DNA of 64,000 nt from Cyanidioschyzon merolae. Its lineage: Eukaryota. The first letter of the stretch is position 1. Every line of letters begins with the position of its first letter. The stretch lies in assembly GCA_000091205.1 (NCBI GenBank), contig AP006499.2; one strand, 5' to 3'. A program made the translations under genes and the position numbers. Shown piece by piece: positions 36,001 to 47,169 of this stretch. The notes under the pieces are model-generated. The model was given only the letters and a program-made list of their open reading frames with translations. It was not told the origin of the DNA and searched no databases.

Positions 36001-37723
36001 TGTAAAGACTCAGGCACTTGATGAACTCATGAAATTGATGTGCTTCCATGCGCTCCCGCAATTTTTCGAAAAAGAGAAGCTCGGCTCGAGCTCCGTAAGA
36101 AATGGGCGAAAGTCCAGACAACGCAGTAGCAGCCGTTGAAGACGCGTGCGGCGCTGTCGCAATCGTCTGTTCCAGGTGCTGTGGAACGAGTGCAGCCTGG
36201 AGCGGAGCATCACGCCCGTCGAGGCTAACTCCCTGCGCAGTTTCGCTGCGTCGACTCCTTTTGGTTCGCTTTGTGGGTCCTCCCGTCGCACCAAGGTTGC
36301 TCGCCGCTCGTTTTGCCCAAGTTATTTGTCTTGCGCTCTCGATTTCATCCTCCACAGAATCTGGAAGAAAACTCTTGAACTCTTCCAGGAGATCTGGATG
36401 ACCGCGAAAGATCTGAGAGACTTCATCCAGCACGCTGAATTTGTCCTCTCCGTCGCGCTGATAGGCCTGCAGAATGTTCAGAAACCTCTGGTAGATTGCT
36501 GGTTGGTTCTGAAAACGCTGCTTGACTTTGTTCACGTATTGGATAGCGTGGTCGAATTCCTCATTGTTGAACGTGGACAAGCTTGGTGGTACCCCAACGG
36601 CTTGTGCGTTCACGACAGCTGCACTGTCGGCGACGGTATCCGCAACACGTTGCGGGACGTGCAGCTGTTTGGGTTCCTGCGAAGGCTGAAACGCTCGAAA
36701 CGCTTCAGGTCCAGCTCTAATGTGGGCGTTTCCCATGGCAGAAGACATTTCAGCGACTCTGTATGCGTCTGGAACAGCATGCTGACTTGGACGAGTGATT
36801 GCGCCTGGATATGGAGCGCGAGCACGGGTATCCTCTGCAGCGACCGTAATCTTCGCATCATCCCTTTCATTTGCAGGGCCGGGTGTTTCTGCGTGAACGG
36901 GTGCTGCATCCAAGCAGTCTGAGAGCTCAATTTTGTATCCCGCCGGCAGAAAAGTGTTGAAGCCAAGCACAAGGTTGGGATAGCCGCGAAAAAGACGCGT
37001 AACTTGCTCAATTACGCCTGGTGTATCGATTGTTTGCGCCTTGAATTCTTTCATGATGTCCAGGAATTTTGCATAGATTCGCGGCCGATCCTCGAACTGG
37101 GCCTTCACCTGCTCTAAATAAGCCAGAGCGTCCTCGACTCTCAAAGCTCGCGCCTGCGAGCCTTCCTCGGTCTCAGCAGGTTGATTCATTCGGTCAGCAG
37201 CTGCACTGGTCTCCTCGGACTGGGGATCGAGCTTAAGCACCGTGCGTGCGGCACCAGCTCGTTCTGTGCTGTCGCTCTCGCGTTTCGAGCTACTATTTTT
37301 ACCGCTCACCGTCGGTTCAAGGTTTTGCGTAACCTGTTTCTCTGTAAACTCTAAGTGCGTTTTGTGCTGGCTCGAAGTAGGCGATATAGGCTGGGTTGCT
37401 GTCTCCCGAACGTGCGAATGCGCACCCTCAACTAGCGTCGCCAGTTCATCTTCTATTGTTCGTGCACCTTCTCTCGGCATGGTGTCCGCCGTGACATCTC
37501 TGGGCACGTTTTCGGTCTCCGAACGTAGCGCTTCAGCGCGTTCGCTACGATCATCTGTGCTTTGCAAAATCATCCCGGCCTCTTCGCTGCTTCCGAGACC
37601 AGCAGATCCCTGCGGACGCTGTGGTTCTGCCTCAACGCGCAGAGGCACTGTTTGCGTTTCTGGTGGCACCAGTGATGCCTCACCCGAGATCCGCTCCAGT
37701 AATCTATCTTCAGACTCCTCCAT
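33068..37723 (-). CDS. SIN3: Sin3-family transcriptional co-repressor (1551 aa) with three PAH domains and an HDAC-interaction domain
   Basis: True ATG at 37723-37721. PAH1 is ALAYLEQVKAQFEDRPRIYAKFLDIMKEFKAQTIDTPGVIEQVTRLFRGYPNLVLGFNTFLPAGYKIE. PAH2 is AIQYVNKVKQRFQNQPAIYQRFLNILQAYQRDGEDKFSVLDEVSQIFRGHPDLLEEFKSFLP. PAH3 is HEFIKCLSLYNQEIIGRTELMSLADELFG. The HID-like and Sin3 C-terminal regions follow. The ORF is one continuous open frame. Confidence 0.9.
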   Translation of the reverse strand: MEESEDRLLERISGEASLVPPETQTVPLRVEAEPQRPQGSAGLGSSEEAGMILQSTDDRSERAEALRSETENVPRDVTADTMPREGARTIEDELATLVEGAHSHVRETATQPISPTSSQHKTHLEFTEKQVTQNLEPTVSGKNSSSKRESDSTERAGAARTVLKLDPQSEETSAAADRMNQPAETEEGSQARALRVEDALAYLEQVKAQFEDRPRIYAKFLDIMKEFKAQTIDTPGVIEQVTRLFRGYPNLVLGFNTFLPAGYKIELSDCLDAAPVHAETPGPANERDDAKITVAAEDTRARAPYPGAITRPSQHAVPDAYRVAEMSSAMGNAHIRAGPEAFRAFQPSQEPKQLHVPQRVADTVADSAAVVNAQAVGVPPSLSTFNNEEFDHAIQYVNKVKQRFQNQPAIYQRFLNILQAYQRDGEDKFSVLDEVSQIFRGHPDLLEEFKSFLPDSVEDEIESARQITWAKRAASNLGATGGPTKRTKRSRRSETAQGVSLDGRDAPLQAALVPQHLEQTIATAPHASSTAATALSGLSPISYGARAELLFFEKLRERMEAHQFHEFIKCLSLYNQEIIGRTELMSLADELFGHRHILSEAFRTFLDACAPARRSKHPTDAESAMSGVEAALAILEGRAPPSATAPPVDGLWRYKSLSEAAAESRERCDTSYKRIPSEFQSMPCSGRGELEKQVLNDIWVSVPTGSEEGSFKHMRRNQFEDNLFRCEDDRYELDMVIETNAATIHKLEPLAMVIAHMSDEEKAKHMLAEHALSAVHYRAIERVYGAHGPEMVMHVKMQPSVAVPIVLNRLKQKDEEWRRARVEMNKLWREICERNYFKSLDHRSFYFRQSDKRTISVRGLLQDIHDIAEVRTLMEAITVAVFAANIMAGSCDCVAFGCGFGHPALSREFENSWRARQVALQCVHGGTFECAHASLSAACGDSAAAPERDPFAVVSALEPPCLRFRLRLKKAHQDLYALVSFLSHLEYGPMECAHLLQFYAELFGRFFGINLHDPGVRAVETPGECTAPVVREETDSELADVSGLLRNELARAADERSAGDSPAASDSVSRKSSPDENFCAEMDTRDGGNGLDPVILSLSEEVPSVRPGEAPAIKAETGSTSVPGPKRNARVERMRYRNDSVLFADESLYILMRLYEIAFQRLAAARQMAQSQYERQRSARMNEQRQPEAAMDLKSISDSLYNPEGEARAEATLRAPSDIYREYMDMLRRYLSNAIDSQEYEDYCRRVLGPESYVLFTLDKVLFKLVKQAYNTAQSRLVALYFAQEQDLVRGLVPDGDGVTDAEAQALCIAEVSYCIKALQILRDERGGNLYRFQVQDAPGPVGSGASDLEPKEDRATLASTPAILTVTLLTSDEGIPRRRDTAAAAEAAASYLGFFAWQGQHQHQHTLDMLPMAVDARKLYAFERSVVNVPLERSFASWCRRLGHATSSDPDRISLYETWKRQLMLQVLISNGLESKMSLNTNRLVHIGETCDELLRRKQDSFSGESSHMEAAASHQRHASERARRRRLRRWHQLYRQWDAAQKQSTIPVL

Positions 37724-38427
37724 CTATTGTGGCGAGTTGGCTTTTGCCCAGGTTGCGACCAAGGCAAGCTCACGACTATATTTCCACAGCAGTGCTGGCT
37801 TTCCTCGAGCGAGAGCAACCTGCGCGCAGCAGTCTCAGATCCGACTCCGCTTCCCCGGGGCGCGTAGCTTCTAGAGTGGTGAAAACATTATTAACACAAT
37901 CCGTGACCTGTATTGAAATTGTGCAAGCTAACCAGATTCAAGTAACGGGTAATAAATATAAAAATAAATCTTATCGTCGTCATTCAGGACGTCCAGGAGG
38001 GATGAAGATTCGTTATTTTTATCAAATAGGTGGAAAAAGAGCATTGGAACATGCAATTAAAGGTATGCTTCCAAAAGGTGTGAAAGGTCGCCAATTGTGG
38101 CGAAAAATTCGTATAGAAGCTTAGAAAGAGTTATGTATGCCATAGGAAAACGTAAATGTGCCATCCCCGGGGAAGCAACCAGCCTGTATCGTGTACCAAG
38201 CTGCAATCCATATTTGTGCATATTAATTCTAAACATTCCACGATTGAACTGGATCCAGTGCAGCCTCGAATCGCGATGCCACCCTGGCGGCTAACCTGCT
38301 GCGCGTACCTGGCAGCTAAAAATGATTCTTGTTCCTCTAGTTGCTTTCAACTTAATTCAGTTCCAACCCCGCTGTATAAAATCGAATGATTTTTCTCAGT
38401 GTAGAGCACGAGATCGAGGTCACTATG

Positions 38428-39788
38428 TAATTTATTGTGTACATCTTAGATGAATAGCCTGTAGGATATATTCTTTAGTAAACAATCCCTGCAGGACTGT
38501 ATTTATCCTTCAGGTCAGTCATACAACAGTACTCAGACGGCTCAGGAACACTGAAAGAAAGGAGTATATGCGCTCCGCGCCAAGTACCGATATTCTCAAA
38601 GCATGGTTGCGGTGAATTGTAGGAATTGGACCCGTTGATCGTTTTTTACGGAAAGCAAAAGCGAAGATAATAGCGAACACGGGCGTCACTTTTCTCACGA
38701 GCTTGTTCGGGTGGCGCTGAAAACAGAGGTATACTGCCGGAGAAAAGAGCCCAGTCTCATGCACGGCAATCTCCCGCTGAAATCGCCTCAGCAGAACTCC
38801 TGGAACGTTGCGATCTGTAAGAAGTAGAGGAACTCCGGATCGTTTTCTCTGTCAATCAGACTTTATTAGGAAAATACGGTCGGTGCGTGTATGGGTATTC
38901 GCAGAGCAGGCAGCCGGTTGTATGTAAGATGAAACTCACAGAGAACGAGGATATTATCATCTATTCTAGCTGCGGTGGATTTACTTGGCGGCCTCGGTTT
39001 CGCTCGTAGAAGAGAATCATGCAACAGCACCTGCTACGTCGAACCATTGAAGACTTTCCCCTGACGTCTCACGACGGCCTTCTATTGGACACCGTAGCAT
39101 TGCAACATTCCCCTTGCGTTCGAGCTCTTGCCGATCCTGTCTGGGGTAGAGCTGCTTTTCAATCCTTCATACACTCCCTGGAAAAATCCAATCGAAGGAA
39201 TGTTTTCTATTGTGAAACGTACTGATCGCTCTACTGGACGAATCGCTGAAGATCTCAGCACATGGTTACACCGAGGCACATGTCGCATGTCGTCCGCAAG
39301 TCCTCCTCGCTCCAGGAAGGTCCTCACCTCAGGGCCTAAAGATTTGCATTCATTTTCAAAAACCAAAAATCTCAGGGATGAGCTGGGGTGCACGCTTCAC
39401 AAGGTCGAGATGGAAAGAAGGCAACGGATCGCCTCGGCGATGGAAATGGACAGAGACATCACAGAGCTGCAAGTGGCATTGAGGGCGCGCATTCGAGGAC
39501 TCCTTGCACCGATGAGTATCACGAGTGAGAAGAAATGCATGGAGTTCGCGAACCGAGATTTCAGCGCCATCGTCAATATCAGATGATGTGCGGTGCTGAA
39601 GACAAGACCCGAGGAGCTGACGTGATCCACTTTTTGGGGCAGTATATCAGGCTCTAAGTGTACAGGGATAGAAACTGAACCTGACAGCAGGATATCGGTT
39701 GAAAAAGGCTGGGGCATCCGCGAATGGGCGAATATATACCATCCATAGGCGTGAAATGTGTATCCTTTTTCCTGCAGTATGTATTCAT
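38428..39788 (+). mobile_element. Short TnpB/Fanzor2-like element copy S4 (degraded)
   Basis: The 5' region is shared with S2. The C-terminus is LRDELGCTLHKVEMERRQRIASAMEMDRDITELQVALRARIRGLLAPMSITSEKKCMEFANRDFSAIVNIR*. The 3' core at 39675-39725 is GAAACTGAACCTGACAGCAGGATATCGGTTGAAAAAGGCTGGGGCATCCG, followed by GCGAATATATACCATCC. Confidence 0.6.
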
Positions 39789-40449
39789 GCATTCATCACG
39801 ATTAGGTGGATCGAGTGGCGACCTCTCGTTCGTACGCTGAACGCGCGTCCGAACAGCAGCTTTGCTGGAACAGGGGCAGTGCTTTGTTGTCGAAAACAGG
39901 CCGAAAACCAAGCCGCGGCTTGTTGCCAGTCAGCATTTTCCCGAGAACGATTCCCATTGATCGACATCGTAAATTTGAATCCGAGATGCCTCCTGCATGA
40001 AGCTTGCTACGCACTGGGTTTTGCTCCACTCGATACAAACCTGCGCAATCTTTCCACGAATGCTGAAGTCCCAGTTTCGGAGCAACGAGTTGTACTATGA
40101 ATAGAGCAAACTTGCAACCAGTTCATGATTTCGTAAACTTGCACTAGGGCGGCTGGCAAGAAACACTGGCTTTTCGATACGGCGCATGCTGAGCGATATC
40201 AGCCCGATATTGAAATACGGTATTTTCTTCTCGTGAAATGCAGCAGGCAGCCCGCGCAGAAGGAACCTGAGCCGAAGCATCCCAGAAGTGCCTTTCGGGG
40301 AGAAAGCAGCAAAGTACATGACAAATTTCTACGCAGATCATTATGCGTATGGCCTGGCCACATCCAGCGGGCATCTTTGTGAAACAGCACTTTCATAAGA
40401 CGCTGCTGTGAAAAGCCCTTGAATGCATCACTATTTCCAAGTTCTGCGC

Positions 40450-41885
40450 GTGCGCCGCCACCGATACAGCATCTTCGGCTCCTTTATGCATGCACGCAGA
40501 TACATCCACGTCAAATTCAAATGGAACCGGGCACATTCACCTAACACGGATGTTTACTCTAAAGTTTGGGTCCGGTCCCTTTGCCATCAACACCAGCATT
40601 TGCGGCATTTTTACGCGACTGCTTCCTCTTGCTTTCTCTCACCGCCGGCTTTAAATATGCAGGTCTTTCCATTTCTCCAGCCGCGTTGCCAGAATTCGAT
40701 TGATCTGGATGACAGCATCAAGGTCCTGATTATGATGCTTCCGGCAGCTGCCGACGCAATTAAAGCAGATGCGGAAGTTGCTATCTACACCCTGCTTGCC
40801 ATTTTCATCTTCTTCTTACATCGCCTCGGTGTGCCCATTGCAGTAGATGCACTTGGCTGCGGTATAAAATTCCCATGGTTACACCACATATTCTCCTCAT
40901 AGGGCGGCCCTCTGAAGCGTGAACGTTTACTTCATCGCTTGCAGTAGGTCGATGAAGAGTACTTGAGGCTCCCCTCGGTTGCGTTCTCCGTTTCCGATCC
41001 CGATATCATGCCCCAAGATCATAAGCTTTTCCGGGGCAATCACATAAACGAGCTATCTGTCCGATGCGTGAACGCGCACTGTTCCATTCGATAAAAGATT
41101 TGTGGAATTCGATGTTGTCCATGGTGGAACAAATGCTAGAAGGGAAATTCGCGCAAGCGATCGAATCGAGAAATTTCGATCCGTTTACGCTCCATTCGTG
41201 CAAATTGTTGAAGCACTGTCGACTAGAAGCGATCGCTGCTATGATGCGAGTCCGAGTCCAAGAGCCTTTTCTATGGAAACAGAAGATATGGAATCATCTG
41301 AAAGATATCCATGTAGAGGTATGACGCTGGTGTGGACTGCATTTTCGTCGATAGCCACAAAAAGATGAATGATTCGTCTTCCGGAAGAAATTGATTATAT
41401 GGAATGAAATGCTCAGTATGTGTTCGGCGTGAGCTCGTGAAGAAATCGTCATGGAAGGTGACCGAGTGTTTTATTTCGTCCATAGAGCAGCGCGGATTGC
41501 TGCGCCCAAGATTTGCGTTGAAGTAGAAAAAAAATTCTTCGAAATTCCTTATTTGACTATGCAAGAGGTAATAAAAAGATAAGAAAGAATTCTTTTACAC
41601 ATGGATTGGATGATCAAATTGTTTATTCGAAGCACCGTCGTTTGAGGGTGTCACGAATACTCTTTATAACGGTGACGTACCAAAATTCCAGGGGCAGAGT
41701 GTCGACAGTGCTACTCCAAGAGAACGATCGCAAACCCCAAACTGCTTATGCATCCATCAGCCCTTGGTGCTGTGCATCGAATGTTAAGGCTGTACATCTA
41801 TAAAGAAGATCGACAAAGTCGACATGCATAAAGCGAGTGCGCGGCTCAGTTTCACATTTAAATTTCACTTCAGGATTATATCAAC
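40450..41885 (+). repeat. Unclassified repeat family E, copy b (C/H-rich module plus downstream conserved segments)
   Basis: ORF 40423-40902 (HVKFKWNRAHSPNTDVYSKVWVRSLCHQHQ...LPAADAIKADAEVAIYTLLAIFIFFLHRLGVPIAVDALGCGIKFPW) and 41064-41324 are homologous to copy c (15139-16640). Copy b carries an AT-rich insertion at about 41500-41640. Confidence 0.55.
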
Positions 41886-42439
41886 TCTAGAGGGCGTACT
41901 GGGCATTCGATAATTGTCCAAAAACGCAGCGCGTCACCTCTGCCAAGTTGTGAAATTCCATGAAGTACAGTATGCGTTCCGTCATGCTGTCGCTTCCACT
42001 AGAAGCACCCGCGGTAACATTCCGTGGGAAAGGATGCGCGGCTGCGCATTGCATGCAAAACAACTTGGTTGTGAGAGAAGAGATCGCTGTTTGAAATATC
42101 CATCACTCTGCATAGCCAACACGGATGCAAAGCACAAGATCTCCAGCGAATCTTCTCGTATAGAGTGTTCTTCTGTCATGTCGCCGTCATTAACAAGAAG
42201 AGCCCTTGAATCCACATATCTTTGGAGCCCAGTAGAGATGCGCAGCGCTCTCGAGCGCAGTATCTGGCGAGGATATCTCTCCTCATCCTGGGTTCGGGGC
42301 TCTTTCGCAAGCTCCAGACGAGACTCTCACTCACGAATGTAGAATGACTTAGCCTCATCGTAGTTCATCACTTGCCACGGAAAATCGTTCCCTGCGTATA
42401 CATGCGACGTTGAAACTTTGCTGGATTAACGAACAGTAC

Positions 42440-44800
42440 CACACCAGCGACACGTGCCAGTTGGGAATCGAGTGCGATCACTCCTGGCGGCTGAGATTCT
42501 TCTCGACGGTCGTCTTCACCGTTTCAGCGCAACGCCGACACTGAGTAATGAGCGATTTCCTCGAAATTTCGCTTGAGACAGAGCTGCTGAAAGCTCAGGA
42601 AGCACGAGAAGTTTCCGGACGTTGGTCGAGATCTTCAAGTCACGATGCAGAAACCGCTTGCCGGAATGCGTAAAGTTGGAATCACAGCCAAGAAAGCATC
42701 TCATCTTCATCCATGATGGCATCTGACGGTGAACCGGCGTACCGAATAATATCTCGTACACCCAGTTCAGTTTCAATGTATTTTTTTCGACCTGTTCCCG
42801 CAGGCGCCCATGCACATGTTGCCTGGATGCCGTAAAAAACTGATCGATGAGACTCACATAGAATCGATTCTAGCACTTGTCATGCGCTCTCGTTGAAGGC
42901 GTGGGAGTGAAGCCTTTTAACGGTCCAGCACGTTCATAATAATCGGATACCATCAAACGACACGATTTCTCGGTCATATTCTTTCCCAAGTCATTGAAGA
43001 AGTTGGCAAATGCGCGCTGCCCTGCCCTGTACAATTAAAACCGTTGGCGGCTCGAGCACGTTTCCATATGCGCCCAACAGGAATCGTACGCATGAGCCAC
43101 TTGGACGCATTCGCATTCTCTGACTGGAGAAAGCAAAGCATTGTCCCTGCTCGACAAATTGCCAAGGGCGTTGAGACTGGTCCTGAAGCTGCCATTCCGC
43201 CCATTGGTATTCCTAATAGCGCGCATCATTCTCGAGCCCAGATGGTATCGACCTCTGGGAAATTGCTTTTCTTGATCTACTTTCTGTTCATGTATTTAAC
43301 TTGGCCCTCTTTATTTAGAGGTACCCTGGCAGCCATGGCGGTCTTAAATCGGCGATCTATGCCCCTGAAATGATCGTTCTATTCATCTTCTCTAAAGATT
43401 AAAAACGAGTCATGTTGCTCGACTCAGTCCTAGGTTTCACGAGTTTCTTGATGTCCTCCCAGCTAAATTCTCTGCCGGTCTCCGTGGTCCATGTAAAAGC
43501 TTTCCGTTTCACCCCTGTAGACGAGAAACCTTGCACGAGCTCCGCCGATGCTCTTCCCGATATTGTTGGAATGCGTCGTGGTTTCTCGCAGAGGGCAACT
43601 CTATCTTCACCTTTCTCGCTCCATGGCTGGCCAGCATGAACGTTGTTGCTCAGCTTCACATCCGTTTTCCCCGCAGAATCCAGACGCACCGTCCAGACGC
43701 ACTGCTCCGAGCGTGTTACCGAAACTTGCCCTCTCTATTCATGTATCCTCTATTTCTTAACTAAATTTTCGCTTTCTGCTCCGTCGCGAGCATGCCCATG
43801 AACCGAAGCGCGCCTTTTCGCTTCCTCTCTCGCATGAGTTGAGGAGCAACGCAGCAGTCGTGGTGTTTTGAAAGCAGAGAACGATTTTGCGAAGACCGCT
43901 ATCACGGATGCGAATGACTCTTCTGTATCATAGATCATATAAATTGCGTTTGACGGTAGAGTAGACACCTTTGACTGGACTGGGCCAGGGAGAGTAAATA
44001 CGCACGAAGAGAAGCTCAAATCTTGTCCCAGCAGTGTCCCGCTAACCGTTTTGAGTAATATGAAGCAGTGTAATCTAGGAACAGGAAACAGGTATGTGGG
44101 AAGGAGCCGCCCCGAGTTATGCCTCGAGAAATGATGAGCTATTTAATGATTCATTCAGTTTGACCATTCGATTCATACACCGCCGAGGCTGATAATGGCG
44201 GATTACTCGCTTTTCTAGTCTTCAGAAATAGTTATTTGCCTCTTGCTGAGTGCCCGTGTAGAGTTCTCGCATTTCTCTCGAATGCAGTCTCATCTAGTGA
44301 TTCGAAAACCCATCTCCAATCTAATGAGCGCTCCTATTTTAGTACCAATTCTACACCATGCTGCTCAGCGCGCGATGGTTTCCAGTAGAAGCGCGCGTTT
44401 TGCTTTATACATCCACGTCTCTTCGCCACCGTCCGTTCCAACGATGCGAGAAGCTCATTTCCTGTCGATTTTTCAATGTTATTTCTTAGGGAACGTATGG
44501 AGTGGCGTGAATCGGCTACGGGGCAGCCTTGCACATAGTGATCGGATGGTTCTGTTTCGTCGACGCGACCTCCGGGATAAAAGCTAAGATATGGATGGTC
44601 CATCCCCTTGTTGATCCATTGAACGACTAACCTCGTCGAGTAAGTTTTTATTTCTCGCCAGCTAATATTGACAGTATAAAGCCTTTCCATAACCTTTCCC
44701 TAATCTACAGGATACAATACTTTCGTTAAATACCCGCTAGAAGAGCAAACATAACCAGTAAGGTTGCGGTGATCCAGATAGTCCAGAATTCACTGCACTG
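42440..44800 (-). mobile_element. Long TnpB/Fanzor1-like element copy L3 (diverged, degraded)
   Basis: Minus-strand segments align to LA/L+: 44334-44690 (YSTRLVVQWINKGMDHPYL, about the ASSGLMHLV block), 43750-44019 (...DGAESENLVKK, about GDGAESREQ), 43399-43689 (VKRKAFTWTTETGREFSWEDIKKLVKP, about VRKIEFTGETSETYWKNIFDIKHLK), 43035-43229 and 42880-43040 (VQVAHAYDSCWAHMETCSSRQRF*...QRAFANFFNDLGK, about VRVAHWDALWEEYTKPRW...QRAFANFFNQL), and 42516-42857 (RFYVSLIDQFF...GKRFLHRDLKISTNVRK, about RDFNAAINIRK). The 3' core at 42472-42530 resembles the family block. Confidence 0.55.
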
Positions 44801-45221
44801 AGTACAACGCACATGAAACCAACGCACACAAACCAAGGACAGTTGCATTCTCGCCAAACTGCGCAGCATTCTCAGGCTGATGACTGCCAAATAGAATATA
44901 GGCACGAGAGCAACCGATATGGAACACTGCTTTCCATGGTAGATCGAGAGGTCGGTGTCGTGCACCTGAACAAGCAGCCAGCCTTGGGTGTGAATCCACC
45001 CCTAGGGATGCACGCCCAGAACTGTATCGTCGAAACAAGACGCGTGCCTTGAGTTCGGGAAGCCCAGTTTCTCGCCTATACTTGTTAGGAACTGCAGTTT
45101 CTTGAGAAAGGCACTCCCAGTAGTAGTGAGGGCGTGTTGGTGCTTCCTGGCTTCGAAGCTGGAAACGAGAGCACTGAATTCTGGGTTGGCGAGGACTCTA
45201 GGAAACTGGCCTGCGGTCTCA

Positions 45222-45935
45222 ATGATAGAGCGCTGCGGTAGTTCTTTCTGTACAGCCTATATCGCCTTATCCGTCCTCTTCGACGTCTATCTTGTGCGAT
45301 TTTTTTTGGACGCGGTAAAGGTTGCCTTGGGTCTACCCAAATCAGCGGGGGAAAAGCTCTTCTCCGCAAGACTCTACAAAGCCCTTCAGAGCACGAAGAA
45401 GAGATCTATTCCCCTCTTCGTCCGGGTGATTTCTTCGAGTTGTGACGGTACCATTTGGTTCTTCTTCCCTTTGCTTGTGGGGCTCGTCGCAAACAGTCCT
45501 TTTGCATGGCCTCTGCTGCTGCACTGTTTCCTAGTGCCAGCGCTAGCCGAGCTTGTGGTGAAGAGCATCTTCAGACGACCGCGCCCCAGTCACAATACCC
45601 GTCACGTGTTTCTGGCCCCTGGGGAACGCTTTTCCTTTCCTTCTGGCCACTCGACGAGAGCAGCCGCCATCGCATGTTTCTGGACAAGATGGTTATGTTG
45701 CGCTTTGAGTCCTCGAAATGTGTGTTTAGCGCTTTGCGTGCACTTCTGGGCAATCAGCATCTCGCTCTCGAGAGTGACTCTCGGACGCCATTATCCCAGC
45801 GACGTCATCGCAGGGCACTTGGTCGGGACTCTTGCAACGATCATTTCGCAAGAGGTGCTTCTCTTGGATGCGCGATTGCCGCCCCCATGGCAACTCCTGC
45901 ACAGTAACCTGTTGTCCAGGCGTTTTGCAAATTGA
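45222..45935 (+). CDS. PAP2-superfamily lipid phosphate phosphatase (type 2 phosphatidic acid phosphatase family)
   Basis: Tripartite PAP2 motif: KSIFRRPRP, FPSGHS and SRVTLGRHYPSDVIAGHLVG, with several TM helices. The ORF track begins at TTG 45102. The first ATG is at 45222 (MIERCGSSF...). Confidence 0.65.
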   Translation: MIERCGSSFCTAYIALSVLFDVYLVRFFLDAVKVALGLPKSAGEKLFSARLYKALQSTKKRSIPLFVRVISSSCDGTIWFFFPLLVGLVANSPFAWPLLLHCFLVPALAELVVKSIFRRPRPSHNTRHVFLAPGERFSFPSGHSTRAAAIACFWTRWLCCALSPRNVCLALCVHFWAISISLSRVTLGRHYPSDVIAGHLVGTLATIISQEVLLLDARLPPPWQLLHSNLLSRRFAN

Positions 45936-47169
45936 AGCCGCCGGTTACACCGTCGACATCGAGCACTTCCCCGCCAAAGTATAGACCTGGCACGCGCTTG
46001 CTCTCGCACGAGGCCATATTCACATCGCGAAGGTCGACGCCGCCTGCCATTACGAACTCTTCCTTGAAGGGAGAGCGGCCCACTATATGAAGCTCACAGC
46101 GAGTAAGAGCATCACCGAGACGTTTCATTTCCGCTGCGCTTAGGTTTGCGTAATTTTGCGTGCTATGAATTCGAGCTACCTTGGTTACAAGTGCAGCCCA
46201 GAGCCTCCGAGGCAACATGAAGGGATTCCTGGTGAGAATGCCAAGACGACGACCCGAGCTCTTCCGCCAGCTCTCCATGACCTCCGTGAAAGGGCCGAAA
46301 GAAGGAATGAAATTCAATTGAGCAGTGAAGCGGTACTTGCGTTCACAAAATACTCGAGCGCCAAAAGCAGATAGGGCAAGCACCGCTGGCCCCGTTATAC
46401 CACTGTGACTTATGAGCAATGGACCAGTCTCCTTTAGTGCAGGGCCATTTAGAGTTGCTCGGGACGCGGGTTGCGCGCTCGGCTCCGCGAAACTGACCTC
46501 AGCTTCTGGTATCGCGATGCCAGCCAGCTCGAGAAGCCATGCATGTCTCTCGGGGCATACCGTAAAGCTAAACAGACTGGGTACGAGCGGCACGACGCGA
46601 TGATCGCCGAGCATCTGGGCCCAGTCGAGTGCTCTTTGTGAGGCTCCAGTTGCCAACATCAGCCTCCGCGAACTAAAGTGCCCGCGCTTTGCAACGTCGA
46701 CTCGGAACAGCGGCTGGTCGCCCTCGCGCTCGTGTGCAACGTCCGTGACTTTGCAGTTTGTCTCGACTTGCACACCAAGCCGATCAGCCTCTGAAACGAG
46801 GGCGTCTACTATACTCTGGCTTTTATTAGAAACCGGAAAAACTCTTCGATCAGATTCTACCTTTAACTTAACTCCGCGACGCTCAAACCAGTCGAAGGTT
46901 TCGCGAGGCCCAAAGCGACTCAACGGTCCGAGTAGCTCACGACTTCCACGTGGATAACGTCCGGAAAAAGTTTGCAGATCGAACGCTGCGTGCGTCACGT
47001 TACATCGTCCACCACCGCTTATACGAACCTTCCCCAGCACTTGAGAACCGGCTTCGAAGATAAGCACCCGCGGTTGAGTGCCGCTGAGCGCTAGCGCACA
47101 CTGAGCACAATGAATCGCCGCGAAGAAACCAGCGGGGCCTCCACCTACTATGACAACGTCAAATATCAT
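45841..47169 (-). CDS. HI0933/BaiN-like FAD-dependent flavoprotein (aminoacetone-oxidase family)
   Basis: N-terminal Rossmann motif MIFDVVIVGGGPAGFFAAIHCAQ and RISGGGRCNVTHA, typical of the HI0933 family. The ATG is at 47169 (the ORF track starts at GTG 47214). The 3' end overlaps the convergent PAP2 gene by 95 bp. Confidence 0.65.
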   Translation of the reverse strand: MIFDVVIVGGGPAGFFAAIHCAQCALALSGTQPRVLIFEAGSQVLGKVRISGGGRCNVTHAAFDLQTFSGRYPRGSRELLGPLSRFGPRETFDWFERRGVKLKVESDRRVFPVSNKSQSIVDALVSEADRLGVQVETNCKVTDVAHEREGDQPLFRVDVAKRGHFSSRRLMLATGASQRALDWAQMLGDHRVVPLVPSLFSFTVCPERHAWLLELAGIAIPEAEVSFAEPSAQPASRATLNGPALKETGPLLISHSGITGPAVLALSAFGARVFCERKYRFTAQLNFIPSFGPFTEVMESWRKSSGRRLGILTRNPFMLPRRLWAALVTKVARIHSTQNYANLSAAEMKRLGDALTRCELHIVGRSPFKEEFVMAGGVDLRDVNMASCESKRVPGLYFGGEVLDVDGVTGGFNLQNAWTTGYCAGVAMGAAIAHPREAPLAK

